The notes beneath the pieces were generated by a model. It was not told where the DNA came from. It saw nothing but the letters and a program-made list of their open reading frames with translations, and ran no database searches. DNA of 64,000 nucleotides, from positions 1,280,001-1,344,000 of the forward strand of contig CAVSHB010000001.1 in NCBI GenBank assembly GCA_963727775.1, written 5' to 3'. The stretch is from an uncultured Nitrospiraceae bacterium. Lineage in GTDB: Bacteria > Nitrospirota > Thermodesulfovibrionia > Thermodesulfovibrionales > SM23-35. The translations under genes were made by a program, and so were the position numbers. Within the stretch, counting starts at the first letter, position 1. Each line of letters opens with the position of its first letter. This document shows, piece by piece, positions 49,737 to 58,562 of this stretch.

Positions 49737-50775
49737 ATTCTATACGGCAATATCAATATTTTTAGTTCTTCTTCTGGGGTATTTGACTTATCAGATATTC
49801 CAGCCTTTTTTAAATTCGATCGCATGGGCGATTGTATTTGCGATCGTTTTCTATCCTGTATATATATTTTTACTGAAGCTTTTGAAAGTTAAAGCTGTAG
49901 CATCGACGGTGACGGTGCTCATAGTTATATTGATAATCCTGGGTCCGTTCACATATCTCTCATTCAGTCTTATTGATGAAATAGGGAATTCTGTGGACAG
50001 TATTAATAAGGGAGCGCTCGATTCCGTAAAGTCTTTTTTTACTTACACAAGGATAACGAAACTTGTTTATAAGCTGCAATCACATTTGGGGATAGAAGGT
50101 ATTGTCGGCAGAGAAGCAATCGCCGAAAATATCAAAATTGTCGGTAAGGCTGTCTCGGACAGGCTGTCTTCGGGTCTTACGAATATAGCCGGCATGCTTA
50201 TAGATTTTATATTTATGCTCCTTGCCGTATTTTTCTTCTTTAAGGACGGGCCTAATCTCCTCTCAAGGATAAGGGAATACCTCCCTTTCTCTGAAGAAAA
50301 CAAGAACAGGCTGATATTAAGGATAAAAGATATGGTCATATCAACCGTCTATGGAGGAGTTGTCATAGCCATTATTCAGGGAGTATTGGGTGGAATCGCA
50401 TTTTACTTCCTCGGGATTAAATCTCCGGTACTGTGGGGAAGTGCGATGAGTATTATGTCTTTTCTTCCCCTGCTCGGCACCTTTTCCATATGGGGGCCCG
50501 CTGCAGGCTATCTTTTTGCCCAGGGCAGTTTGGTCAAGGGAGTTGTCCTGCTTCTATACGGTGTTTTCGTTATCAGCATGATTGACAATATTTTAAGGCC
50601 GATAATCATAAGCGGCAGGACAAAGATGCCTGCGCTCGTTGTCTTTTTCAGTGTTCTCGGCGGAATAAAGCTTTTCGGAGTAGTAGGATTTATTATGGGT
50701 CCGTTGGTGACGGCCCTTTTTGTTTCGGTATTTGAAATGTTTAAACATACAGAAGGAGGACAAAATGCTCAGTAG
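49723..50775 (+). CDS. AI-2E family transporter
   Basis: Polytopic; FFFFKDG, AIIQG, DNILRP, GGIKLFG..GFIMGP. Confidence 0.88.
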   Translation: MTENRFYTAISIFLVLLLGYLTYQIFQPFLNSIAWAIVFAIVFYPVYIFLLKLLKVKAVASTVTVLIVILIILGPFTYLSFSLIDEIGNSVDSINKGALDSVKSFFTYTRITKLVYKLQSHLGIEGIVGREAIAENIKIVGKAVSDRLSSGLTNIAGMLIDFIFMLLAVFFFFKDGPNLLSRIREYLPFSEENKNRLILRIKDMVISTVYGGVVIAIIQGVLGGIAFYFLGIKSPVLWGSAMSIMSFLPLLGTFSIWGPAAGYLFAQGSLVKGVVLLLYGVFVISMIDNILRPIIISGRTKMPALVVFFSVLGGIKLFGVVGFIMGPLVTALFVSVFEMFKHTEGGQNAQ

Positions 50776-51886
50776 AGAAGAACTTAAGGAAATTGCAAAG
50801 ATGCGGGGTGACGGCGCTTTTTTTGTAAGCATGTATTTGAACGTGAATCCGATGACGAACATAAAAGACAATTATGTGATACACGTAAAGAACATGCTTA
50901 AAGAGACGATAGAAACTCTGGACAAAGCGGTAGTGAAAAAAGTAAAAGACGATCTTGAAAAGATTGAATCGTATATCCTGGCCAATAAGAGGATATTTAA
51001 AAAAGGGCTTGCTATCCTGAGTTCACAGGAGAGAAAATTCTGGAAAGAATTTCATGTTGCAGTCCCGCTGAAGAATGAGATCACAGTAGACAACACGCCG
51101 TATATAAAGCCTTTGATCGATATCCTCGATAATTATCAAAGGTATGCCATACTCCTTGTCGGAAAAGAATCTGCGCGCCTGTTTCTCGTCCATCTCGGCG
51201 AGATAGAAGAATACTCCGAAGTCCATTCTGCCGATGTTCCGGGCAAACACAAAAAGGGCGGCTGGTTCTCGCTTTCAGAAAAGAGCTATGAGAGGCATAC
51301 CGATTATCATGTCGGACTCCATCTGAAAGACGTGCTCAAAGAGCTGGAGACCCTCCTCTCCGGCGAATATGTCGGTAGACTGATAATCGGCGGATCGGAG
51401 GAAACGGTTACAAAGGTAAAGTCCATGCTCCCCCAAACGACGGCTGATAAGATTATCGGCACCTTCCAGGCAGAGATGTTTGCAAACAGCAAAGAAATCC
51501 TTGAAAAGGTTGGGCCTGTCCTCCGCGCTTCTGAAGAAAAGAAAGAGGCGGAGACCATTGATGACTTGCTTACAAGGGCCATGAAGAATGAGAACGCCGT
51601 CATAGGCATAGAGAATGTGCTGAACGCGCTGCAGGAAGGCCGCATTATGAAGCTCATTTTTCTGAAGGATTATAAACAGTCCGGTCTATCATGCAAAACA
51701 TGCGAAAGCCTTACTATTCAGGACATATCATCCTGCCCTTATTGTAAAGGTGAAGTACAGAAGGCCAATTATATCGTCGACATGGTTGCGCAAAAGGCGG
51801 TCGAACAGGGGGCTATGGTTGAGGTAGCGGCCGCGAACAAAAAACTGCAGGATGCGGGCGGCATCGGAGCGTTTTTGAGGTTTTAA
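50765..51886 (+). CDS. Bacterial archaeo-eukaryotic release factor 1 (baeRF1)-like protein
   Basis: VSMYLNV, VPGKHKKGGW (GGQ-loop position), CKTC..CPYC zinc ribbon, C-terminal GGIGAFLRF. Confidence 0.8.
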   Translation: MLSREELKEIAKMRGDGAFFVSMYLNVNPMTNIKDNYVIHVKNMLKETIETLDKAVVKKVKDDLEKIESYILANKRIFKKGLAILSSQERKFWKEFHVAVPLKNEITVDNTPYIKPLIDILDNYQRYAILLVGKESARLFLVHLGEIEEYSEVHSADVPGKHKKGGWFSLSEKSYERHTDYHVGLHLKDVLKELETLLSGEYVGRLIIGGSEETVTKVKSMLPQTTADKIIGTFQAEMFANSKEILEKVGPVLRASEEKKEAETIDDLLTRAMKNENAVIGIENVLNALQEGRIMKLIFLKDYKQSGLSCKTCESLTIQDISSCPYCKGEVQKANYIVDMVAQKAVEQGAMVEVAAANKKLQDAGGIGAFLRF

Positions 51887-51893
51887 GAAATAA

Positions 51894-53453
51894 TTGTTAT
51901 TTCGTTATTTTTTATTATTATTGGTTTCCTGTTCTATAGTTTGTATTACAGCCTGTTCATCACAGAACCGTTTACAGGGGTATCTCTACTATAGGCTCAA
52001 CACGAATCCGACTACGCTCGATCCCGCTCTCATCGTTGATGTTACGGGAGGTTCTCTATCGGCCAAGCTTTTCAACGGCCTTGTGAGGATTTCTGATGAT
52101 CTGGGCATTATGCCTGATATTGCAGAAAATTGGTCGATGTCCAAAGACGGCTTAGTCTATACCTTTAACCTGAAACGGAACTTGCACTTCTCGAATGGAC
52201 GTGAAGTCAAGGCCGATGATTTTCAGTATTCGTTTCAAAGGATATTGGACCCTGCAAGTAAATCTCCGAATACATGGGTGTTCGAGAAGATACTCGGCGC
52301 TGATGAGTATATGAAAGGGAAGGCGGATGATGTTAAGGGGATAATGGTAACTGATGATTATACCCTGAAGATAAAGCTCAAAAAGCCGTTTTCTCCGTTT
52401 ATCAGGCTTCTGACCATGACTGCCGCATACGTAGTGCCCCGTGAAGAGGTAGAGAAATGGGGCCCGGATTTTTCGAGCCATCCTGTCGGGACAGGACCGT
52501 TTATCATGAGGGAGTGGTTGCCGAACAGGGAAATCCGGCTTGAAAAAAGAGATGGTTATTTTGATGTTCCTGCAAAGGTCAAAGGCATTGTTTACAGAAT
52601 AATACCTGAAGACCTGACAGCGGTAACTGAATTTGATATCGGGAACATTGATGTCCTTACGATTCCTGCGTCCGAATATTCAAGATACAAAAAAGACCCC
52701 GTGAAGCAGGGGCTGATTTTATCCATCAAAGGACTTAATACCTATTATGTAGGTCTTAATTGTTCGAAGCCCCCTTTCAACAACATTAATCTCAGAAAGG
52801 CGATGAATTACGCCATAGACCGCGAGAAGATACTGAACACAATTTATGAAAAACGCGGTAGAACGGCGGCGGGCCCGCTGCCCGATGTCATGAGAGAATG
52901 GGACATGACGGCGCGATATAAATATAATCCCCGGAAGGCAAGAGAGTTGATTATAAAAGAAGGGTTTAACGGAGGGGTAGTTCAATTTTATATTACGACC
53001 GACCAGGAAATTATCGACATAGCGGAAGTAATCCAGGCTTACCTCCGCAATGTCGGGCTTGATGTAAGAATAAAGCAGCTCGAATGGAGCGCATACAAAG
53101 AAGCTGTCAATAAAGGCGAGCCTGACTTGTTCTATCTCAGCTGGTGGGCTGATTATCCTGACCCGGAGAATTTTCTGTTCCCACTGTTTCATTCTTCCAA
53201 CCAAGGGCCTGCCGGGAACAGGACAAGGTATACAAATAAAACCGTTGACACGTTGATAGAAAAGGGCCAAAGCGCGTTGGATGATAAAATGAGACTCCTC
53301 TGTTACAAAAAGGCCGAAGAAATTATAGTTGACGATGCCCCATGGGTTTTTTTATGGCACAGGACGGATTTTACTATAAGACAGCCGTGGATAAAAAACT
53401 ATAAGATATATCCTATCTATAGTATGGATAAAGGGACTGATATATCTTTTTAG
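51894..53453 (+). CDS. Peptide ABC transporter substrate-binding lipoprotein (DppA/OppA family)
   Basis: Lipobox ITAC; PTTLDPA, FSNGR...ADD, PVGTGPF, RKAMNYAIDR, WWADYPDP. Confidence 0.92.
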   Translation: MLFRYFLLLLVSCSIVCITACSSQNRLQGYLYYRLNTNPTTLDPALIVDVTGGSLSAKLFNGLVRISDDLGIMPDIAENWSMSKDGLVYTFNLKRNLHFSNGREVKADDFQYSFQRILDPASKSPNTWVFEKILGADEYMKGKADDVKGIMVTDDYTLKIKLKKPFSPFIRLLTMTAAYVVPREEVEKWGPDFSSHPVGTGPFIMREWLPNREIRLEKRDGYFDVPAKVKGIVYRIIPEDLTAVTEFDIGNIDVLTIPASEYSRYKKDPVKQGLILSIKGLNTYYVGLNCSKPPFNNINLRKAMNYAIDREKILNTIYEKRGRTAAGPLPDVMREWDMTARYKYNPRKARELIIKEGFNGGVVQFYITTDQEIIDIAEVIQAYLRNVGLDVRIKQLEWSAYKEAVNKGEPDLFYLSWWADYPDPENFLFPLFHSSNQGPAGNRTRYTNKTVDTLIEKGQSALDDKMRLLCYKKAEEIIVDDAPWVFLWHRTDFTIRQPWIKNYKIYPIYSMDKGTDISF

Positions 53454-53560
53454 TGACTTACCTTCCTTCTCGGCAAAGCTTGTTTTACCAAGACATAGAA
53501 GACTTCAGATGAACAATTTGGGCAGTTTAAAAAGTTCTTGATTTTCCGGCGCCGTCCATT

Positions 53561-53589
53561 GTAATCTGAATTACAGTAATACATATTAC
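53561..53589. promoter_or_regulatory. Two tandem GTAAT-N4-ATTAC palindromes (operator-like)
   Basis: gtaatctgaattac (53561-74) and gtaatacatattac (53576-89), just upstream of ATG 53604. Confidence 0.55.
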
Positions 53590-53603
53590 GAAATAGGTAT
53601 GAA

Positions 53604-54926
53604 ATGAAATTCTATAACCGAAAAAACGAATTGGCGGAACTGACCAAGCTTTACGATCAGGCCAGCACGTCTGCAAGATTTACCGTCATTACCGGACGCC
53701 GCCGGGTCGGGAAAACCATGCTTGCGCTGGAATTTGCACGCAAACACAAACACCTGTATCTCTTTGTTTCGAAAAAATCAGAGCATCTGCTCTGCATGGA
53801 ATATATTGAAGAGATCAGAAAAAGCTTTTCCATTCCTGTCATAGGAGAGATAAAGACATTCAAAGAGATATTTATGCTGCTTATTGAGTACGCCAGGAAG
53901 GAACGCTTCACGCTGATCATTGATGAATTTCAGGAGTTCTTTAATATCGATCCCTCAGTTTACTCCGACATTCAGCACCTTTGGGATATAAATAAATCAT
54001 CCTGCAGGCTCAACCTAATCTGTATCGGCTCGGTCTATTCCCTTATGCATAAGATTTTCGAGGAATCAAAGGAACCCCTCTTTGGCCGGGCCGACAGGAT
54101 ATTATTTCTCCGACCCTTCTCTATCCGTGATATGTATGCTCTTCTAAGGGACCATGAGCACGCAGACGGCCGGACGCTTTTCGACTGCTTTTCGATAACC
54201 GGAGGGATGCCTAAATACCTCGACATCCTTGCATCAAACGACGTCTTTCAGTTTGACGGCATGGTGGACTTTATTCTTAAGGACAACTCTCCCTTTCTCA
54301 ATGAGGGCAGGAGCCTTCTTGTCGAAGAATTCGGCAAAGAATACGGCACATACTTTTCGATTATGGAACTGATCGCTTCCGGCAAGACTGCCAGAACAGA
54401 GATTGAATCTGTACTCGAAATACATGCGGGAGCATATCTGGCAAAGCTTGAAACCGATTACGCGCTCATCGCAAAGCTCAAACCCATAAATGCCAAACCC
54501 AACTCACGACTTCAAAAGTATCGCATCATTGATAATTTTCTTGGCTTCTGGTTCCGTTTCATATTCAAAAACCGTTCTGCAGTTGAGACAGGTAATTTCA
54601 GCTATATCAGGGAAATCATCAATCGGGACTATTCCACCTATGCCGGACGCATCCTTGAGAGTTTCTACCAGCAAGTCTTTGCTGAGTCCGGCAGATATAA
54701 CCGGATCGGCACATACTGGGAAAGAGGAAATCAGAACGAGATTGACCTTGTAGCTGTAAACGACTTAAGAAAAGAAGTCGTCTTTGGCGATATCAAGCTT
54801 GACTCTTATAGGATCAACCTGAAGGCTTTAAAAGAAAAAGCGTTAAAGCTGTCAGAAGAATATAAAGGTTATAAAAAAGAATGGCTGGGATTGCATATAC
54901 AAAATATCAGGGAGTTTCTTAAATAA
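53604..54926 (+). CDS. Archaeal-type AAA ATPase with wHTH and C-terminal DUF234/PD-(D/E)xK-like domain
   Basis: FYNRKNEL, GRRRVGKT Walker A, IIDEFQ Walker B, TGGMPKYL, DNFLGFWFRF, EIDLVA..FGDIK. Confidence 0.88.
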   Translation: MKFYNRKNELAELTKLYDQASTSARFTVITGRRRVGKTMLALEFARKHKHLYLFVSKKSEHLLCMEYIEEIRKSFSIPVIGEIKTFKEIFMLLIEYARKERFTLIIDEFQEFFNIDPSVYSDIQHLWDINKSSCRLNLICIGSVYSLMHKIFEESKEPLFGRADRILFLRPFSIRDMYALLRDHEHADGRTLFDCFSITGGMPKYLDILASNDVFQFDGMVDFILKDNSPFLNEGRSLLVEEFGKEYGTYFSIMELIASGKTARTEIESVLEIHAGAYLAKLETDYALIAKLKPINAKPNSRLQKYRIIDNFLGFWFRFIFKNRSAVETGNFSYIREIINRDYSTYAGRILESFYQQVFAESGRYNRIGTYWERGNQNEIDLVAVNDLRKEVVFGDIKLDSYRINLKALKEKALKLSEEYKGYKKEWLGLHIQNIREFLK

Positions 54927-55116
54927 GGACTGAATGCTTAATGAAAGCAGGATTGAACAATTATGCAGAGTGATTGCGGATTATCCAAAGTCATATCCGG
55001 CGCTGCCGATCCCAAATTAATTTGCGTCTATAAATAGCCTGTCCCCTTTACCATTAATCAATCGTTTGTATCTCTGTAAATGTCAATGGTCAAGTCCGCC
55101 CCATCATCTACTGGCA

Positions 55117-57771
55117 TCATTGACTATGGAGAAGGCTATGGTATTGAAACATTCCCAGACAGTATGCATCGCGAAAAGGAAAGTTGACTTGAGACCCCTT
55201 TAGCGCTTCGCATCGTTTACTCCGCACTTCTTTATCCGATATTTGCTCAAGGAGTTCAATCGCCCTTTCTTTCGTTAATTCATACATATCCACAAGCGCA
55301 ATAATAAATGCTTGATCCGCCTTGTGCCGCTCTGCCAGTCTCTCATAGAATAGTGACGAAAATATGTACCCGACTATCTCGGGCTCATTCCATTGAGTTG
55401 CTACTACAGCGCATCGGCGGTTTAGGAGAAAAACTGAGGATAATCCTATCTTCTCATTTGTCAAGAATCCTTTAAAATAGTTTCTATTACTTGTAGTCCC
55501 GGTATTGCATCCGTTCAATACTACCAGTTTGAATTGTAGTTTATGTGCCTCTCTCTGGACGGATTCCAGCCATACGCCATTCTTTGTCTCATCAGTTGAA
55601 GTTGATACAAAAAATGGGTCAGTGAATGCATTCGCTGGCATGCTATGAGTTGCCAAGTGCAAATGGTGGGCTGAATTTGCAGGCGGCTTTGAGAAGTCAG
55701 CTTCTTCATGTTGAAGGTCGATTTCAAAGTAATCTTGACCAGCAAATGTTTTTTTGACGAGAGCTTTCTCTGGTTCAACCAATTCTAGAAATTTCACACT
55801 GTAAGAAACAAACAAGCTGGGTCCAGTGATTAAAGAATCTGTTGACTCTTCCCTGAGTGCCGGACATGTCCTAAAAACAAATCCTCCTTCTTTTATGCGT
55901 GACCTAAGCTGTTCGTTCGCAAGGATCGCGGGTAAAATGGGAACTCCTTCCGAAAGGGGGTCTGGCATAAACACAAGTTCCGATATTGAACTATTTTTTA
56001 GAACATCCACAATAATGGTCATTATTGGCTCTATACTCTTTTGCAGCTTGTTCAGCTGGGCATGAAAGGTGCTTCGGTCCGCATTGCCCCTCTGGTATTC
56101 ATGGAGCACCTTGGAAAATTGCCATAAGTTATCTAGTGGTATATCGTTCCTGAAGTATTTTCCTTCTGCAAGGAAAACGAAAACACAACCTTCCTTGCGT
56201 GCGAAAGAAAAGAGAAAGGCCGATTCGGACAAAAGCCGTTGGCTTAGCATGTTGACACCATTCAGTAGGGATGCTCCTTCGAACGGTAATGGATAAGAAT
56301 AGTCCTGACAAATTTGAGCGGTCAAATCATTGAACTCACGCCAAGGGAGGCTATAATCCAGTCCTCTTGCTACTTGTTCACCCAATTTCTCTGTAATTTC
56401 TCCGTCCGCAAGCTGAAACGGGTCATCATATTTTTCCCTAAAACCATACATGAATGGTGTTCCATGCCGTATCAAATTCTCCCTCTTGGCTGACAGTTCT
56501 TCCTTTACTGTGGCGGGAACTATTCCTGATTGCAGGATAAGTTCGATCCATTCCAGAACAGAAAACCAGTCATGGAGTGCATTTGAATTACAAAGCACAA
56601 GCGCATGCAGTACATCTTCAGCAACGCCCGACGCCTGCATGCTCAGCAGCATAGATTTAATTCGAGGGACATATCGTTCGCGAATACCTCGTCTATAATG
56701 CAGACGCTGATATTGATCAATCTGGCACTGTATTTCGATACATGCTTCCTTAAGGTGAGCAGTCCCTAGTAATAATTTATTAATACTAAAGCATGTCTTC
56801 GCCATAATAAGCCACGCCTCAATTCGTGTCTCAAGATCACATTGTGAAATGTTCAATTCAATTTGAGGCAATAAATCTTCAATGGCATTTATATCACCTA
56901 ATTCTCTATAACATACGAGAAGATTGGTCTTTATCTCGTTCTTCTGTGAAGGCTGTAATACATCCTCGTAGTCATTAAGTAACTCCGTATATATATCCTT
57001 TGCTGCCCCATATTCGTCCTTCCGTAATTTAATGAGCGCTGTATTTGATATCAATTCAACAGAAGGTGTTTCACCGATTGCTTTGTAAATCCCAAAGCAT
57101 TTCTGAAACTCAGCCTCTGCACACGACAGGTCTCCTTCTATCAGCGCTACCATTCCTTGCGTTTCAAGTATTCGCATCTGCAAGTTAACCAATTTGTGGC
57201 TGAGTGCAATCTGTCGAGCGTCATGGAGGGCTCGATAAGCGGATTGGAATGCCGCAGCATCTGCGAAGTACGATGCTGCAGCGCACAATGCTTCAATAGT
57301 GTCCTTGGGCTTTCCCAAAGTGTTAAAGAAGTCCGTTATTTGAGTAAGAAAATATGGTGCTTCATCAAGAGGCATTTGATTAGATGCAAAAAGCCGAAAG
57401 ACGTTTTGGGATAATGAGTAACCAGCCTCATAATGCCTGTTCTTCCGACAGAATGCAATGCCTTCTGTAAAGATAAATTTGGATTCTGGGATGTTATTTT
57501 GACAGATGGCTGCAATCATGCTGGTATTGTAATTATATGCCAGAAGGAGATTACGCTTTTTCCGGGTAAGCTTAGCAAAAAAAATCGAGTTGAGTCGGCA
57601 AATGCGCCCGACATCCACAGGATGCTCATCAACCGCTTTCAGTAATTCGTCATCAAGCTCGTCTACCTTGTATAAGGCATCCTTCTCCTTCAAAAGGGTG
57701 CCAATGTAAATTGTGTAATCTTTATCAGATAAGCTGAGTATTTCCTCAATGGATTTTGTTAAGTTTTGCAT
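55117..57771 (-). CDS. TPR-CHAT (caspase-like cysteine peptidase) protein
   Basis: N-terminal helical repeats; C-terminal LVFMPD..VP, LHLATHS (His), LVVLNGCNTG (Cys), GLSSVFL..VVATQW CHAT motifs. Confidence 0.82.
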   Translation of the reverse strand: MQNLTKSIEEILSLSDKDYTIYIGTLLKEKDALYKVDELDDELLKAVDEHPVDVGRICRLNSIFFAKLTRKKRNLLLAYNYNTSMIAAICQNNIPESKFIFTEGIAFCRKNRHYEAGYSLSQNVFRLFASNQMPLDEAPYFLTQITDFFNTLGKPKDTIEALCAAASYFADAAAFQSAYRALHDARQIALSHKLVNLQMRILETQGMVALIEGDLSCAEAEFQKCFGIYKAIGETPSVELISNTALIKLRKDEYGAAKDIYTELLNDYEDVLQPSQKNEIKTNLLVCYRELGDINAIEDLLPQIELNISQCDLETRIEAWLIMAKTCFSINKLLLGTAHLKEACIEIQCQIDQYQRLHYRRGIRERYVPRIKSMLLSMQASGVAEDVLHALVLCNSNALHDWFSVLEWIELILQSGIVPATVKEELSAKRENLIRHGTPFMYGFREKYDDPFQLADGEITEKLGEQVARGLDYSLPWREFNDLTAQICQDYSYPLPFEGASLLNGVNMLSQRLLSESAFLFSFARKEGCVFVFLAEGKYFRNDIPLDNLWQFSKVLHEYQRGNADRSTFHAQLNKLQKSIEPIMTIIVDVLKNSSISELVFMPDPLSEGVPILPAILANEQLRSRIKEGGFVFRTCPALREESTDSLITGPSLFVSYSVKFLELVEPEKALVKKTFAGQDYFEIDLQHEEADFSKPPANSAHHLHLATHSMPANAFTDPFFVSTSTDETKNGVWLESVQREAHKLQFKLVVLNGCNTGTTSNRNYFKGFLTNEKIGLSSVFLLNRRCAVVATQWNEPEIVGYIFSSLFYERLAERHKADQAFIIALVDMYELTKERAIELLEQISDKEVRSKRCEALKGSQVNFPFRDAYCLGMFQYHSLLHSQ

Positions 57772-57886
57772 TTCCCCATTTTTCGCTCCACCCAGTCCAG
57801 TCAAGCCCCTCTATTTGCTATTTTGTCCAAAGTCCTTATCCATTCTGGCCAGCGCAAGGAATGCCTGTGAAATTTATAATTGATAC

Positions 57887-57910
57887 ACCCTGCGGTCTCT
57901 GCCGCAGGGT
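57887..57910. terminator. GC-rich hairpin (terminator-like)
   Basis: accctgcgg-tctctg-ccgcagggt perfect 9-bp stem just past the stop of the 57914 ORF. Confidence 0.45.
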
Positions 57911-57913
57911 TCT

Positions 57914-58225
57914 TCACTCTATGGTTTTGTTGTCCAGCTTTTTGCCCTTCTTATTTTCAACAATGTAATCGTAAAGCTGCTCATCCTTGACGCAGTGGAC
58001 ATAACCGGTCGTGCCCCATTTTGCCTCGACGTAAGCTGAGGGGAAAGCAAATACGCCCTGAATGTAAGGATCAAGAGACGAGAGAACATTGATCTTCTCC
58101 TTGATGCTCATTATCCTCCGTGTGAGGTTCTTGATCTCTGGTTTTTGAGTCGCCTTTCCGTTCAAAAGAAGCTCGCCGTTGCCATCGGAAGCTACGACAC
58201 CTTTCCAATTCTTTGAGGAATTACT
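57914..58225 (-). pseudogene. 5'-truncated NERD-like nuclease gene remnant
   Basis: KNWKGVV..DGNGEL, IQGVFAFPSA resemble the C-terminal half of NERD proteins; the N-terminus is replaced by the 98-bp element. Confidence 0.5.
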
Positions 58226-58323
58226 CAGGGTCAAACCTTCATTGTTCATTTAAAGAAACGAAAAGATAGAAATAGAAAATTTGAAGATCAAGATACTCAA
58301 TGAAGAATGAAGGTTTGACCCTG
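58226..58323. mobile_element. 98-bp MITE-like element with 25-bp terminal inverted repeats
   Basis: cagggtcaaaccttcattgttcatt (58226-50) vs reverse complement of aatgaagaatgaaggtttgaccctg (58299-323): 24/25 identical. Confidence 0.7.
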
Positions 58324-58472
58324 GATGTCTTTTCCTGGGGGATAGATAATGTCCACTGATATCCGGGCTTTGTCATCATTACATGAGAGCCTTTTTGACG
58401 GACGGCGGTCCAGCCTGCTTTTTGAAATTTTCGGACTGCTTCAGAGCCGGAGCAGAGCTTTAATTGCCCCAT
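58324..58472 (-). pseudogene. hicA: HicA toxin, 3'-truncated
   Basis: MGQLKLCSGSEAVRKFQKAGW..VRQKGSHVMM....TLSIPQ, then unrelated sequence; TAATG-coupled to hicB. Confidence 0.8.
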
Positions 58473-58562
58473 TAAACAGCAACTTCGATAAGTCTGGAAG
58501 GATCAGGGGATCGTTTGGATTCCATTACCTCAAGCCATCCTTCAATGGCTTCTTTGATATTA

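Noticed and set aside
55117..57771. Type III-E CRISPR-associated protease (Craspase) locus
   Set aside because: No cas genes or repeat-spacer array anywhere in the window
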